The notes: generated by a model not told the origin, from the letters alone. 64,000 bases of DNA from Gemmatimonadales bacterium (GCA_038321865.1 JBBQFH010000007.1:64913-128912), one strand, 5' to 3'. Shown: positions 29,201-38,864, counted from the stretch's first letter. Program-made: numbers and translations.

Positions 29201-29773
29201 GAGGTCGAGCTCTTCGGCTCGCGCACGACCGCGACGCTCGGCGAATGGAGCGAGCACCAGGTGCATGTCGCCGCGGTCGTCACCGGCGTGAAACGGCAGA
29301 TCTCGAAGAAGACGGGCAAGGAGTACGCGCGGCTGGTGCTGGAGGACTTCCACGGGACGGCCGAGGCGATCGTGTTCCCCGACGCGTGGGCCAAGCTCAA
29401 CCAGGTCATCCTGCCCGATGCCGCCGTGCTCCTGGCCGGCGGGTACAGCGACCGGGACCGGGGGGAAGACCGCGCCCCCTTCATCGTGGAGGCGGCGAGG
29501 CAGCTGGACGATCTCAAGCGCTCAGGCGCCGTAGCGTTGAGCTTCAGCTGGCGGGCACCCGAGGCGCCGTCGCCGGCCGCGATGAAGGCCGCGGCGGCGC
29601 TCTGCTCGGCCCATCCCGGGCCGATTCCGGTCTATATTGACTGGAGCGACGGGAATGGGGAGGCGGTCCGGCTTCGCTCCCGTCGCGTCCGCGTGGCCCC
29701 CGAAGACGACCTCGTACACGCCCTGCGGAACCTTCTTGGCGCCGACTCCGTCCACTACGTGAAAGCGGGCTAG
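26294..29773 (+). CDS. dnaE: DNA polymerase III alpha subunit
   Basis: FVHLHTHSEYSLLDG, GRGSAAGS, PDIDVDF, YGFNKSH. Confidence 0.98.
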   Translation: MSFVHLHTHSEYSLLDGANRVAELVGHVKKLGMDSLAVTDHGNMHAAWTFYEEAKAQKVRPILGFEAYLAFGPRQARERPAGAPGPYSHLVLLARNRAGYKNLIKLTSIGYTEGFYRRPRIDKEVLARYSDGIVCLAACLSGEVSLFLRQGKYDEARRSAEWFATTFGRENFWLEIQSHGIPEEQLVTKGMLELGRELGIGVVATNDAHYLRKEDAESHDVLLAIGTGSDLDDPKRFRFTGSESYVKSEKEMRTLFPEALETLENTQAVANRCEFDFEKRYFLPTFPKPPEFATDEALLLHLAHAGAEGRYGSPLPANVVERLEYELAVINTAGYAGYFLIVHDFIAAAKARGIPVGPGRGSAAGSIVAYSLGITNVCPLRFDLLFERFLNPERVSMPDIDVDFCFERRGEVIEYVRERYGRASVGQIVTFGTMKARAAIKDVARVLRIPPAEADKLTKLIPSGPAYSLTIPEAIQKVDELRDLVKSNPIYQRLAHLSSRIEGISRHMSVHAAGVVIAPGPLDEYVPVCTAPTKGAGAAADGEESIITQFEMGPLEKVGMLKMDMLGLKTLTVIHDAVNMIADRYGVRPDMDALAFDDPEVYALLRRGRTAGIFQFESPLATETLRAMKCDRFDDLVASNALLRPGPLDAGMHTVFIRRKLGQERVTYPHPSLREILEPTYGVITYQEQVMRIANVIAGFSLAEADVLRKAVGKKDSELIRKELGKFCERGAAQGHPKKLLDELAGQIETFGRYGFNKSHSVAYSVLSYQTAWLKAHYPAEFMSALLSSEIGSTDKVVQYINEARELGLEVLAPDVNESGFKFTAIDDRRIRFGLGAIRNVGWSAIESIIGGRTEGAYTTLAELVERIDLRLCNKRVVESLVAAGACDSLGGHRHQLIEALEDALAEAQLKQQDREAGQASLFGETPATRHHRLQLPDVPEWTEAERLAREKDVLGFFISGHPLERFRDEVELFGSRTTATLGEWSEHQVHVAAVVTGVKRQISKKTGKEYARLVLEDFHGTAEAIVFPDAWAKLNQVILPDAAVLLAGGYSDRDRGEDRAPFIVEAARQLDDLKRSGAVALSFSWRAPEAPSPAAMKAAAALCSAHPGPIPVYIDWSDGNGEAVRLRSRRVRVAPEDDLVHALRNLLGADSVHYVKAG

Positions 29774-29776
29774 CCG

Positions 29777-30739
29777 ATGGCGTCCGTCTACACCCTCGAG
29801 TTCGAGAAGCCGCTGCAGGAGCTGGAACAGCAGATCGAGGACCTTCAGCGCCTGGGCCGCGACCGTCAGATCGACGTGGACGGGGAGCTGGCCGGACTCC
29901 AGACCAAGCTCGAGACCCTCCGCGCCGACATCTACCGCAATCTCACGCCGATCCAGCGGGTGCTGGTGGCCCGCCATCCGCGGCGGCCCTACACCCTGGA
30001 TTACCTCAGCAGCATCTTCACCGACTTCATCGAACTGCACGGGGACCGGTTGTACATGGACGATCCCGCGATCGTCGGCGGCTGGGCCCGGCTCGGCGGT
30101 GTGTCGGTGATGGTCATCGGCCACCAGAAGGGCCGCGACACGAAGGAGAATCTCAAGCGGAACTTCGGCATGGCGCATCCCGAGGGCTATCGCAAGGCGC
30201 TTCGGATGATGAAGCTGGCCGCGCGCTTCAGCGCGCCCGTCATCACGCTGATCGACACCCCCGGCGCCTATCCCGGCCTCGGCGCCGAGGAGCGGGGACA
30301 GAGCGAGGCGCTGGCGCGAAACATTCTCGAGATGTCGGCGCTCCCGACCCCGTGCGTCGCAGTCGTCATCGGCGAAGGGGGCTCGGGCGGCGCGCTGGCG
30401 CTGGGCGTCGCCGACCGGGTGCTGATGCTGGAGAACTCGGTCTATTCCGTCATCACCCCTGAGGGGTGCGCCGCGATCCTGTGGAAGGACGCCAGCCAAC
30501 GGGAGCGCGCGGCCGAGGCGCTCAAGATCACGGCGAAGGATCTGCTGGAGCTGAAGGTGATCGACGAGGTCGTGCCCGAGCCGGTGGGCGGCGCACACGT
30601 GGATCCCGACGCCACGGGCGAAGCGTTGCGGGACACCCTCATCCGGCACGTCACCGAGTTGCGGAAGATCCGCCCCGAAAAGCTGGTACGCCGCCGCGCG
30701 GAGAAGTTCGCCGCGATGGGCGCGTACACGGAGGCGTGA
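29777..30739 (+). CDS. accA: Acetyl-CoA carboxylase carboxyltransferase alpha
   Basis: ARHPRRP, DTPGAYPG, GEGGSGGAL. Confidence 0.97.
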   Translation: MASVYTLEFEKPLQELEQQIEDLQRLGRDRQIDVDGELAGLQTKLETLRADIYRNLTPIQRVLVARHPRRPYTLDYLSSIFTDFIELHGDRLYMDDPAIVGGWARLGGVSVMVIGHQKGRDTKENLKRNFGMAHPEGYRKALRMMKLAARFSAPVITLIDTPGAYPGLGAEERGQSEALARNILEMSALPTPCVAVVIGEGGSGGALALGVADRVLMLENSVYSVITPEGCAAILWKDASQRERAAEALKITAKDLLELKVIDEVVPEPVGGAHVDPDATGEALRDTLIRHVTELRKIRPEKLVRRRAEKFAAMGAYTEA

Positions 30740-31824
30740 AGGTGCAGCAGACCGTCGAGGTCAAGTTCAAGGGTACCCGAAAGGCCTACTTCACCTGGGA
30801 GCACGCCGACGATCCACTCCGCGTGAACGACGCCGTGGTGGTCGAGGCCGACCGCGGGCGCGACTTCGGGAAGATCACGGCAGTCGGCGACGTCGCCACC
30901 AAGAAGTGCGCGTCAGGGTGCTCCGGCTGCGCCGTCGGTGAATCGGCCGAGCCGGAGGCGCTGCAGCCCGTGGTGCGCCGAGCCACGCCGGAGGATGTCC
31001 GGGCGCACAATGATGCCCGGACATCCGAGGAAGAGGTACGGCGCCAGGTGATGCAGCGGGTGCGGGCACACGAGCTGCTCATGAAGATCAGCGATACCGA
31101 GTGGCAGTGGGACAAGGGCAAGCTGACGATCTACTTCACCGCCGACAAGCGGGTGGATTTCCGCACGCTCGTGCGGGATCTCGCGTCGCGATTCCGCACC
31201 CGGATCGAGCTCCGCCAGATCGGCGTCCGCGACGAAGCGGCCCGGCTCACCGGTGTCGGCCGCTGCGGACGGGAATACTGCTGCTCGACCTGGCTCAAGG
31301 AGCTCTCGCCGGTCAACCTGGGACTCGCGAAGGATCAGCACCTGTCGCTCAATCCGTCCCAGATCTCCGGCGGGTGCGGTCGTCTGCTCTGTTGTCTCAA
31401 GTACGAGCACGAATTCTACGTCAGCTCGCGCAAGCGCTTTCCGAAGGAAGGCAAATCGCTCCAGACGTCCGCCGGGATCGAGAAGGTCATCGCGGTGGAT
31501 ATCTTCCGCGAGCGGGTCTACCTCCGGGCCGAAGGGAAGCCCTCGCGGATCGTGCCGCTGGTGCAGCTGCGCGAGGAGATGGCCGCGGCCGAAGGCAGCG
31601 TGCTCACCCTTGTGGCGCCTGCGGGTGCCGAGACCGTCCGCGCCCCAAGACCGCGCGTCCCCACGCCCCCGCCGATCGCGGACAGCCCGCCGCTGGCTGC
31701 GCCCGTGGAGGGCCGAGGCGACGCCGCTCCCGGCGAGGACGCTGCCCGCCCCCGCCGCCGCCGGCGCCGCCGAGGGCCCCGCGGCGGCGGTTCCTCGACG
31801 GGCGCGCCCGACCCTACCCCGTAG
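30736..31824 (+). CDS. ricT: PSP1/RicT (YaaT) family Fe-S protein
   Basis: RIELRQIGVRDEA, GRCGREYCC, ISGGCGRLLCCLKYE. Confidence 0.9.
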   Translation: MKVQQTVEVKFKGTRKAYFTWEHADDPLRVNDAVVVEADRGRDFGKITAVGDVATKKCASGCSGCAVGESAEPEALQPVVRRATPEDVRAHNDARTSEEEVRRQVMQRVRAHELLMKISDTEWQWDKGKLTIYFTADKRVDFRTLVRDLASRFRTRIELRQIGVRDEAARLTGVGRCGREYCCSTWLKELSPVNLGLAKDQHLSLNPSQISGGCGRLLCCLKYEHEFYVSSRKRFPKEGKSLQTSAGIEKVIAVDIFRERVYLRAEGKPSRIVPLVQLREEMAAAEGSVLTLVAPAGAETVRAPRPRVPTPPPIADSPPLAAPVEGRGDAAPGEDAARPRRRRRRRGPRGGGSSTGAPDPTP

Positions 31825-31834
31825 CGCGATCGCC

Positions 31835-33340
31835 ATGCCGAAATTCTATCTCACAACCGCGATCGACTATTCGAACGGCGATCCGCACCTCGGGCACGCG
31901 CTCGAGAAGGTCGGGGCCGACTGCATCGCGCGCTATCGCCGGCTCCGCGGCGACGATGTCCGCTTTCTGATGGGCATGGATGAGCATAGCCAGTCCGTGA
32001 TCCAGGCGGCCGCCGACGGCGGCGTGACGCCGCAGGTCTGGGTGGACCGGATGGCCGGCCGCTTCGAGGAGTTCTGGCGTCGCCTCCTCTGCAGCAACGA
32101 CGACTGGATCCGGACCAGCGAACCGCGCCACCAGCAGGCCGTCGCCAGGCTCCTCGTCCGCATCCAGCAGCTGAATCCGGATGACCTGTTCGTTGGGGAG
32201 TACGAGGGACTCTACTGCACCGGCTGTGAAGAGTTCAAGACCGACGCACAGATCGTCGACGGGCACTGCATCGAGCATCCTACGCTCGAGCTCGTGCCGA
32301 CGCGGGAGCGAAATCATTTCTTCCGGCTCAGCCGCTATCGCGACGCGCTGCTGGCCCTGATCGCATCCGGCGAGATGTCCGTCGAACCGGCGATTCGGCG
32401 GAACGAAGTGCTTCGCCTGCTGGAGGGCGGGCTGCAGGATATCTCCATCTCCCGCGTACGGTCGGCGTGGGGCATTCCCTTCCCCGGTGACGCCGACCAG
32501 ACGGTCTACGTCTGGTTCGATGCACTGGTCAACTACCTCGCGGCGACGGGCTTCCCCGGCGCGGGGTTCGAGCGCCTCTGGCCCGCCGACCTGCACGTGA
32601 TCGGCAAGGGCATCACCCGTTTCCACTGCGTCATCTGGCCCGCCATGCTTCAGGCTGCCGAGCTGGCGCTGCCGAGACAGATCTGGGCGCACGGCTACGT
32701 GCAGTGGGGTGGCACCAAGATGTCCAAGACCGCGGGCACCGCGGTGACGCTGGGCGAGGCGATCGACCGGCACGGGCCCGATGCGCTTCGCTATTTCCTT
32801 TTGCGGGAGGTCGGCTTCGAGGGAGACGGAAATTTCAGCTGGGAGCGCTTCGACGAGCGCTACACCTCGGACCTGGCCGATGGCCTCGGCAACCTCGCGT
32901 CGCGCTCGCTGGCGATGCTGGCGAAGTATCGCGACGGCGTCGTACCCGCCGGCGGCGACGCCACGCTCGATGCCGCTGGTGCCGACGCGGTCCGTCGCTA
33001 CGAGGGCGCCATGGAGTCCCTCGACATCAAGGGCGCGGCCGAAGCGGCGTGGGAGCTCGTCTCCACCGCAAACATGTACATCCAGCAGACCGCACCGTGG
33101 ACGCTGGCCAAACAGGAACGCACGGCCGAGCTGGACACCGCGCTGGGCGCGCTGGCCCGCTGCCTCTACCGGCTCGCGATCCTCACGGGACCGTTCATGC
33201 CGGGCAAGGCCCAGTCGCTCTGGGAGGCCCTGGGTCAGTCGTCCTCCCTGGCCGGGGCCAGCTGGGCGGCGGTCGGTTCACCCGCGCTGGAAGGCGCCCG
33301 GACCACGAAGCCGGACAACCTCTTTCCACGGCCGGCATAG
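31835..33340 (+). CDS. metG: Methionine--tRNA ligase (short form)
   Basis: YLTTAIDY, HLGH, YVWFDAL, KMSKT. Confidence 0.93.
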   Translation: MPKFYLTTAIDYSNGDPHLGHALEKVGADCIARYRRLRGDDVRFLMGMDEHSQSVIQAAADGGVTPQVWVDRMAGRFEEFWRRLLCSNDDWIRTSEPRHQQAVARLLVRIQQLNPDDLFVGEYEGLYCTGCEEFKTDAQIVDGHCIEHPTLELVPTRERNHFFRLSRYRDALLALIASGEMSVEPAIRRNEVLRLLEGGLQDISISRVRSAWGIPFPGDADQTVYVWFDALVNYLAATGFPGAGFERLWPADLHVIGKGITRFHCVIWPAMLQAAELALPRQIWAHGYVQWGGTKMSKTAGTAVTLGEAIDRHGPDALRYFLLREVGFEGDGNFSWERFDERYTSDLADGLGNLASRSLAMLAKYRDGVVPAGGDATLDAAGADAVRRYEGAMESLDIKGAAEAAWELVSTANMYIQQTAPWTLAKQERTAELDTALGALARCLYRLAILTGPFMPGKAQSLWEALGQSSSLAGASWAAVGSPALEGARTTKPDNLFPRPA

Positions 33341-33454
33341 CGGCGCGGGTGCCGCAACAACCTCAACGCCCGCCCCGATAACCAGTTACGAATGCCGGCC
33401 CGCCGGTGCTCCGAAACTCTTTGACAGTGAAAGACTTAGACAGGGTTTTCGTGC

Positions 33455-33483
33455 TTGACACAGCCGGTCCCGGAGGCCACATT
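33455..33483 (+). promoter_or_regulatory. Sigma70-type promoter candidate
   Basis: TTGACA-17 bp-CACATT upstream of the M23 gene. Confidence 0.6.
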
Positions 33484-33572
33484 TAGCCCCGAATCGTCAA
33501 GGGCCGGACCGCTCCCGCTGGGGGACCTGGTCGTAAAGAAATCCGGACGACAGAGTCCCACATGAGGTGAGC

Positions 33573-34493
33573 ATGGCGAAACGCCGATGGACGGTCGTAC
33601 TGGTGCCCCACGGGTCGGAGCCCTCGCGCATCGTCGAGATCTCCTACACGGTCCTCAAGATCGCCGCGACACTCTGCCTCGCGGTCGTCGTCATATCGCT
33701 GCTCATCGGCTACGCCAGCATTTCCCGCTCCGTCGATCTGTCCCGCGCCAGCCAGCTCGAGCAGGAGAATGTCGCCCTCGCGGCCCAGATCGGTGAGCTG
33801 CATGGGCGGATGCATCACCTGTCCGACACGCTTCAGCTGATCGCCAAACGCGACCAGCAGATTCGCGTACTGGCGAACCTGACGCCGCTGGATCCGCAGG
33901 TGCGTGCCGCCGGCATCGGCGGACCGGTCGGGACCATGACCACCGCACGCGTCGATGGCCCGCTCGGCCGCCGCACCGACGCCATCCGGGTGGACGTCAC
34001 CGCCCTGATCCGGCGGGCCAGTCTCCTGGCCACCTCGTTCCGCGAAGCCGCCGACAGCCTGGCGTCGCACACCGACCGGCTGGCGGCCATGCCGTCCATC
34101 ATGCCGACGCAGGGATGGCTGACCAGCGCGTTCTCGTCCATGCGCGAGCATCCGATCCTGCACATCTCCCGGCCGCATGAGGGGATCGATGTCTCGGCAC
34201 CCATGGGCAGCCCGATCGAGGCCCCGGCGGCTGGCCGGGTGGTCTCGGCCGGCTGGGAGACCGGATATGGCAACGTGGTTACGATCGACCACGGGTACGG
34301 GATCGTCACCAAGTTTGCCCACGCCTCCAAGCTGTTCGTCCGGACGGGGCAGCGGGTGCAGCGCGGCCAGCGCATCGCCCTGGTGGGCAATTCCGGACTC
34401 GCGACCGGTCCGCACCTCCACTACGAGGTGCACGTCAACGGACGCCCGGTCGACCCGCTGCACTACGTCCTGCCGGACGTCGTGACCGACTGA
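33573..34493 (+). CDS. M23 family metallo-endopeptidase
   Basis: TM plus coiled coil, HEGID and HLHYEV. Confidence 0.92.
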   Translation: MAKRRWTVVLVPHGSEPSRIVEISYTVLKIAATLCLAVVVISLLIGYASISRSVDLSRASQLEQENVALAAQIGELHGRMHHLSDTLQLIAKRDQQIRVLANLTPLDPQVRAAGIGGPVGTMTTARVDGPLGRRTDAIRVDVTALIRRASLLATSFREAADSLASHTDRLAAMPSIMPTQGWLTSAFSSMREHPILHISRPHEGIDVSAPMGSPIEAPAAGRVVSAGWETGYGNVVTIDHGYGIVTKFAHASKLFVRTGQRVQRGQRIALVGNSGLATGPHLHYEVHVNGRPVDPLHYVLPDVVTD

Positions 34494-34531
34494 TTCCGCC
34501 GGCGGCGCACCGCTGAAGGGCCGGATGTGAG

Positions 34532-34563
34532 AAGCCCCCCCGTGCACCATGCGCGGGGGGCTT
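34532..34563. terminator. Hairpin between convergent M23 and lemA genes
   Basis: AAGCCCCCCCGTGCA-cca-TGCGCGGGGGGCTT. Confidence 0.65.
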
Positions 34564-34587
34564 GTCGCATGCCAGAGCCGTGGCGGC

Positions 34588-35160
34588 CTAGAACGTCACC
34601 TTCGGTGCCTGGGCGGCGCCCGCTTCGGCCTGGAAGTAGGGCTTGGTCTTGCCCATGCCGAATACCTTGGCCGTGATATTCTGCGGGAAGCGCCGGATGT
34701 ACGCGTTGAATTCGTTCGCTGCGGCGTTGTAGTCGTTTCGCGCCGTGGCGATCCGGTTTTCGGATCCTTCGAGCTGGCTCTGGAGCTCCTTGAAGCTTTC
34801 GCTGGAACGGAGCTCCGGATAGTTCTCGGTAATCGCGAGCAGCCGGCCCAGTCCCTGGCTCAGCGTCTGGTTGGCGACGGACATGCTGTCGAGGTTTCCG
34901 GTCTGGACCGCCCCACTCAGGCGGGCGCGCGCGTTGGCGATCCCGATGAATACCGTATCCTCCTGCTTCGTGATCCCTTTCACCGTGGCGACCAGGTTCG
35001 GAATCAGGTCGGAACGGCGCTGCAGCATCGTCTGGATCTGACCCTGCGCCTGATTCACCTTCTCATCCAGGGTCTGGATCGTGTTGTAGCCGCACCCGGT
35101 CGTACTCGTGGCGAGCGCGAGCGCGAGCAGCGGGGCGAGGAACGAGGGCGAGCGCTTCAT
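34588..35160 (-). CDS. lemA: LemA family protein
   Basis: GCGYN, QRRSDLIPNLV, ENYPEL, LEGSENRI. Confidence 0.95.
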   Translation of the reverse strand: MKRSPSFLAPLLALALATSTTGCGYNTIQTLDEKVNQAQGQIQTMLQRRSDLIPNLVATVKGITKQEDTVFIGIANARARLSGAVQTGNLDSMSVANQTLSQGLGRLLAITENYPELRSSESFKELQSQLEGSENRIATARNDYNAAANEFNAYIRRFPQNITAKVFGMGKTKPYFQAEAGAAQAPKVTF

Positions 35161-35879
35161 TCACGGTCTCCGAGCTGAAGGTGGTCCACGAACTGTGCCG
35201 TCTGGGCCACGGTGGCGGTGTACATCTCGAATTCGGTGGCGGTGCAGCGCCAGCCGCGGTCCCCGCGGCCGGACAGCATCGGCAGGAGCGCCTCCGGCCG
35301 AAACCCGGCCACTTCCGCGGCGGCCGCAACGACCGCTCTGCCGTCACGCGGCACTTCCCTGCCGACGAGCACGAGCAGCGCGCGGTAGAGCACCAGGATC
35401 GGCCCGATGCTCTCGGCGGCGACGCCGGAGAGGGTCTGGGTATCGCTCGAGAGGGTGACGTATCCCTGCCGGAGCCGCACCAGCTTGCCGCGGAACTCGC
35501 GTTCCAGCGCGCGCCGCAGATCGGCCCGCGCGAGTGTGACCGCGGCGACCGGGTCCACGCCACGGAGCACCCGGTACGCGACGCGCATATCGGCGAGCTC
35601 GATCGGAAAGGCGTCCGCGGCGTCGGCCCATTCCTGGCGGCTGAAGAGGAGCGGCGGCTCCTGGGCCGCTTTCCGCCATGCGCCGAACGCCGGCCCCAGC
35701 GCCCGCAGCAGCGGCGCCGAGACATCGTCCAGAACCAGCAGCACGTTGATGTCGGACCGCCCGGGGGCGAATTCGCCGCGCGCCGCCGAGCCGTACAGAA
35801 CCGCGCTGTACCGTTCGCCGAGCACCTTGTCCGCGTCGGCGAGGAACGGGTCCAGCACGGACAGAACCGGGTCTGCCAT
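35157..35879 (-). CDS. Nucleotidyltransferase-domain protein
   Basis: LYGSAARG..SDINVLLV; DAFPIE. Confidence 0.8.
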   Translation of the reverse strand: MADPVLSVLDPFLADADKVLGERYSAVLYGSAARGEFAPGRSDINVLLVLDDVSAPLLRALGPAFGAWRKAAQEPPLLFSRQEWADAADAFPIELADMRVAYRVLRGVDPVAAVTLARADLRRALEREFRGKLVRLRQGYVTLSSDTQTLSGVAAESIGPILVLYRALLVLVGREVPRDGRAVVAAAAEVAGFRPEALLPMLSGRGDRGWRCTATEFEMYTATVAQTAQFVDHLQLGDRE

Positions 35880-36706
35880 CAGAATCTCCCTCCGCCGCCG
35901 CCGCCGCTGAATCCGCCACCGCCTCCGAAGCCGCCGAACCCGCCACCGCCGAAGCCACCGCCGCCACCGAACCCACCGCCCCCGAAGCCGCCGCCGATCC
36001 AGGGGCCACCCCCACCGAATATACCGCGTCCGCGACGGCGCCCGAATGAGGAGATCAGGAAGAAGACGAGGATCAGCATGAGCGGCAGGTATTGCCGCCA
36101 CGTCTCCACGCTCTGGCCCTCACCCGGCGGAGGGCGGAACTGGGTGAGGGCCGAATCGCTCACGTTCATTCCGCGGGCGATCAGGCCGACCAGCGCGTGC
36201 ACGCCGGTAACCAGACCGGGGCCGTACTGGCCCTCTCCCAGCTGCGGCAGCATGAGGTCGCGGATCCGGCCGCTCTGCGCGTCGGTGACGATGCCCTCGA
36301 GCCCGCTTCCGACCTCGACGCGGATCTGGCCCGAGTTGGGCTCGTCCGCGCGGCGCGGGACCAGCAGCACCACGACGCCGGCGTTCCGGCGTTCATCGCC
36401 CACTTCGGCCTTGAGTCCGACGCCCCATTTCCGGCCGATCGCGAGCGCCACCTCGCTCGCCTCGTGATCCCCTACCGTGGGGAGCGTCACGACCGCGACT
36501 TCTACGCCGCTCGCGCCGCGAAGCCGCGTCAACAGGTCATCCATGTCGGCCTTCGAGCCGGCATCGATGACCGACGCGAAATCGCTGACCATCCCGGTGG
36601 CGCGTTCCGGCACGTACTGCTCGACGCCGCCCTGCGCGGCCACGGCGCCACCAGCGAGTTGTAGCGCCAGCCCAAGAACGATAGCTTTGGTTCGTGTCAC
36701 GCCCAC
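35879..36706 (-). CDS. TPM domain protein (YgcG-like) with Gly-rich tail
   Basis: RVEVGSGLEG, one TM, C-terminal GGGGFSGGGGGGRF. Confidence 0.9.
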   Translation of the reverse strand: MGVTRTKAIVLGLALQLAGGAVAAQGGVEQYVPERATGMVSDFASVIDAGSKADMDDLLTRLRGASGVEVAVVTLPTVGDHEASEVALAIGRKWGVGLKAEVGDERRNAGVVVLLVPRRADEPNSGQIRVEVGSGLEGIVTDAQSGRIRDLMLPQLGEGQYGPGLVTGVHALVGLIARGMNVSDSALTQFRPPPGEGQSVETWRQYLPLMLILVFFLISSFGRRRGRGIFGGGGPWIGGGFGGGGFGGGGGFGGGGFGGFGGGGGFSGGGGGGRF

Positions 36707-37389
36707 TGATGCTCCTTGCGCTGGTGCTCATCGGCTGCGCGCGCGGCCGCACCGTCTCGGTCCGCGTTTCGGTGACCGGTGCCGATTCGGCCGAGTCGCC
36801 GGTGCCGGGTGTGGTGCTCACCGCCGTTCCCTTCGACCGCGACAGCCTGCTGCTGGCCCTCGCCCGGCGGGCCGGGACAGCTGCGCCGGACACGACCGGC
36901 CTGGACAGCCTGCTGCTCGCCTATCGGGCGCCGTTCGCAGCCCTCACCGCCGCCAGTGCCCGGGTGTCCGCATTGCGTGACTCCGTCGCGACCGCCGGCC
37001 CTCCCGACACGACGCGCCTTCGGGCGGCGCTGACCGACGCCGATGCCCGGGTCCGCGAGGCGCGGCGCCGGATCGACCTCGCGCAGGCGTCTGGAGGAGA
37101 CCGCCTCGACAGCATCCGCAAGCGGATGGCGACGTGGGAAAATAGCACATACGCGGACTACGAGAGCGTCGCGACCGGTCGAATGAAGGCGACTGGCCGA
37201 TCGCTGCTCCGTGACACCACCGGTGCCGACGGCTGGGCCCACGTGCGGCTCCCCGCCGGGGACTGGTGGATCTACGCCACTTCGTGGGACGTCGGCGACC
37301 CGAACCGCTACTGGTACTGGAATGCGCACGTCACCGGCGATTCGCTCCGCTTCGACAGCCACACCGGCGTGCGCCGCCCTCGCTTCTGA
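36694..37389 (+). CDS. Hypothetical lipoprotein
   Basis: Lipobox-like LIGC; start may be ATG 36709. Confidence 0.6.
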   Translation: MSRPLMLLALVLIGCARGRTVSVRVSVTGADSAESPVPGVVLTAVPFDRDSLLLALARRAGTAAPDTTGLDSLLLAYRAPFAALTAASARVSALRDSVATAGPPDTTRLRAALTDADARVREARRRIDLAQASGGDRLDSIRKRMATWENSTYADYESVATGRMKATGRSLLRDTTGADGWAHVRLPAGDWWIYATSWDVGDPNRYWYWNAHVTGDSLRFDSHTGVRRPRF

Positions 37390-37405
37390 TTCACGGAGTC
37401 ACACG

Positions 37406-38101
37406 ATGAGATCTCGACTCGCCATCATGCTCGGCATCCTGGTGCTCGCCGGCTGCGGGGACCAGTCGCGGGCGCAGAGCGCCTCGTCCCGGAGCGCAGC
37501 CGCGTCGGCAGCTGCTCCAGGCGCCGCCACGGCGACCGCCGCGGCGACCGACCCGCTCGCGGCGCGTTCCCTCGGCTCCGCGTCCGCGCCGATCACCGTG
37601 TACGAAATGTCGGACTTTCAGTGCCCCTACTGCCGGCTGCATGCGATCGAGACCTTTCCGGCGATCCAGCGGGAGTATATCGCGACCGGCAAGGTGCGCT
37701 GGATCTTCCTCAACTTTCCGCTCACCTCCAAGCATCCGAACGCCGCCGCGGCGGCCGCACTCGCGGTCTGTGCCGGCGGCAGCGGGAAGTTCTGGCCGAT
37801 GCACGACCTGCTGTTCAAGCATCAGGACGCCTGGGCACCGCTCAAGGACCCCGGCGCCTTCCTGATCACGCTCGCCGATTCGCTCGGCATCGCGCGTCCA
37901 GGAATGCTGCAATGCCTGCAGTCGCCCGGGACGCGTCAGATCATCGAGAGCGAAGCACAGGGAGCCGTGCGGGCAGGCGCCAACTCGACGCCGAGCTTCT
38001 ACATCGAGGGTGGCTTGATGGGTGGGGCCTATCCGATCGACGTGTTCCGCCACATCCTGGACTCGATCTATGTCGTGAAGACGGCCCGGAAGGGAGCCTG
38101 A
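37406..38101 (+). CDS. DsbA-family thioredoxin-fold lipoprotein
   Basis: LAGC lipobox, SDFQCPYC, STPSF; GGAG SD. Confidence 0.9.
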   Translation: MRSRLAIMLGILVLAGCGDQSRAQSASSRSAAASAAAPGAATATAAATDPLAARSLGSASAPITVYEMSDFQCPYCRLHAIETFPAIQREYIATGKVRWIFLNFPLTSKHPNAAAAAALAVCAGGSGKFWPMHDLLFKHQDAWAPLKDPGAFLITLADSLGIARPGMLQCLQSPGTRQIIESEAQGAVRAGANSTPSFYIEGGLMGGAYPIDVFRHILDSIYVVKTARKGA

Positions 38102-38111
38102 GGCCGCCCTG

Positions 38112-38852
38112 CTACTGCATCAGTGACAGGAACACGTCGTAGAGTGCATGACTCCATGCGGTGATGCCGAAGCCACGCAGCAGGTACATCGCGCTGAAGA
38201 TCAGCCCGGCGAGCAGGCGAAAGACGAAGGACGGGATGCTGAAGGGATCGCCGTACGGTCCGACGTAGTGGAATGCGGAGAATACGATCGCACCGAGCAC
38301 CGCGGCGAACACGCCCGCGGGGGCCGGCCGCCAGCCGAACAGGTTCCGGGCCATGGCCGCGAGTCCGGTGACGAGCAGGACGCGGAACAGCAGCTCCTCG
38401 TAGATCCCCGCGCCGAGCGACACCATGAGCTGGGTCGGCAGCCCGAGCCCGCCCATCGGCGTCACCGAGAGCGCCGGTACCACCTGCAGCACGAGTCCGG
38501 TGAGCGCGCCGGTCACGACGCCGAAGGCGAGCGCGTAGAGCACCGCCTCTCCCAGCATGCCGATGAAGATTCCCCGCCGGAGCTTCCAGCCGCTGGCGCG
38601 AAGGTCGCGCCAGACCATCACGGCACCGGTCCCGACCAGCAGTGCGCCGAAGGCCGCCAGTCCCCACCGTCCGCCCAACCCGATGAAGAGGCTCTTGAGC
38701 AGCACGTCGGCGCCGTTGCGGACGCCGGCGATCGCATCGCGCGAGAGGACGAACGCGAGCAGCTCGTACGCGACGAGCAGCGGCAGCGCGAACAGGAGGC
38801 TGTAGCGCGGGGCCCGGCTGAGACGCCAGTATGACGAAAGCGGTGTCGGCAT
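38112..38852 (-). CDS. CPBP (Abi/CAAX) intramembrane metalloprotease
   Basis: EELLFR, FSAFH, HALYD. Confidence 0.9.
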   Translation of the reverse strand: MPTPLSSYWRLSRAPRYSLLFALPLLVAYELLAFVLSRDAIAGVRNGADVLLKSLFIGLGGRWGLAAFGALLVGTGAVMVWRDLRASGWKLRRGIFIGMLGEAVLYALAFGVVTGALTGLVLQVVPALSVTPMGGLGLPTQLMVSLGAGIYEELLFRVLLVTGLAAMARNLFGWRPAPAGVFAAVLGAIVFSAFHYVGPYGDPFSIPSFVFRLLAGLIFSAMYLLRGFGITAWSHALYDVFLSLMQ

Positions 38853-38864
38853 GGTCCGGATGTG

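Noticed and set aside
35885..36020. CCGCCG-rich tandem repeats as a CRISPR or VNTR
   Set aside because: They encode the Gly-rich tail of the TPM protein; no repeat-spacer structure
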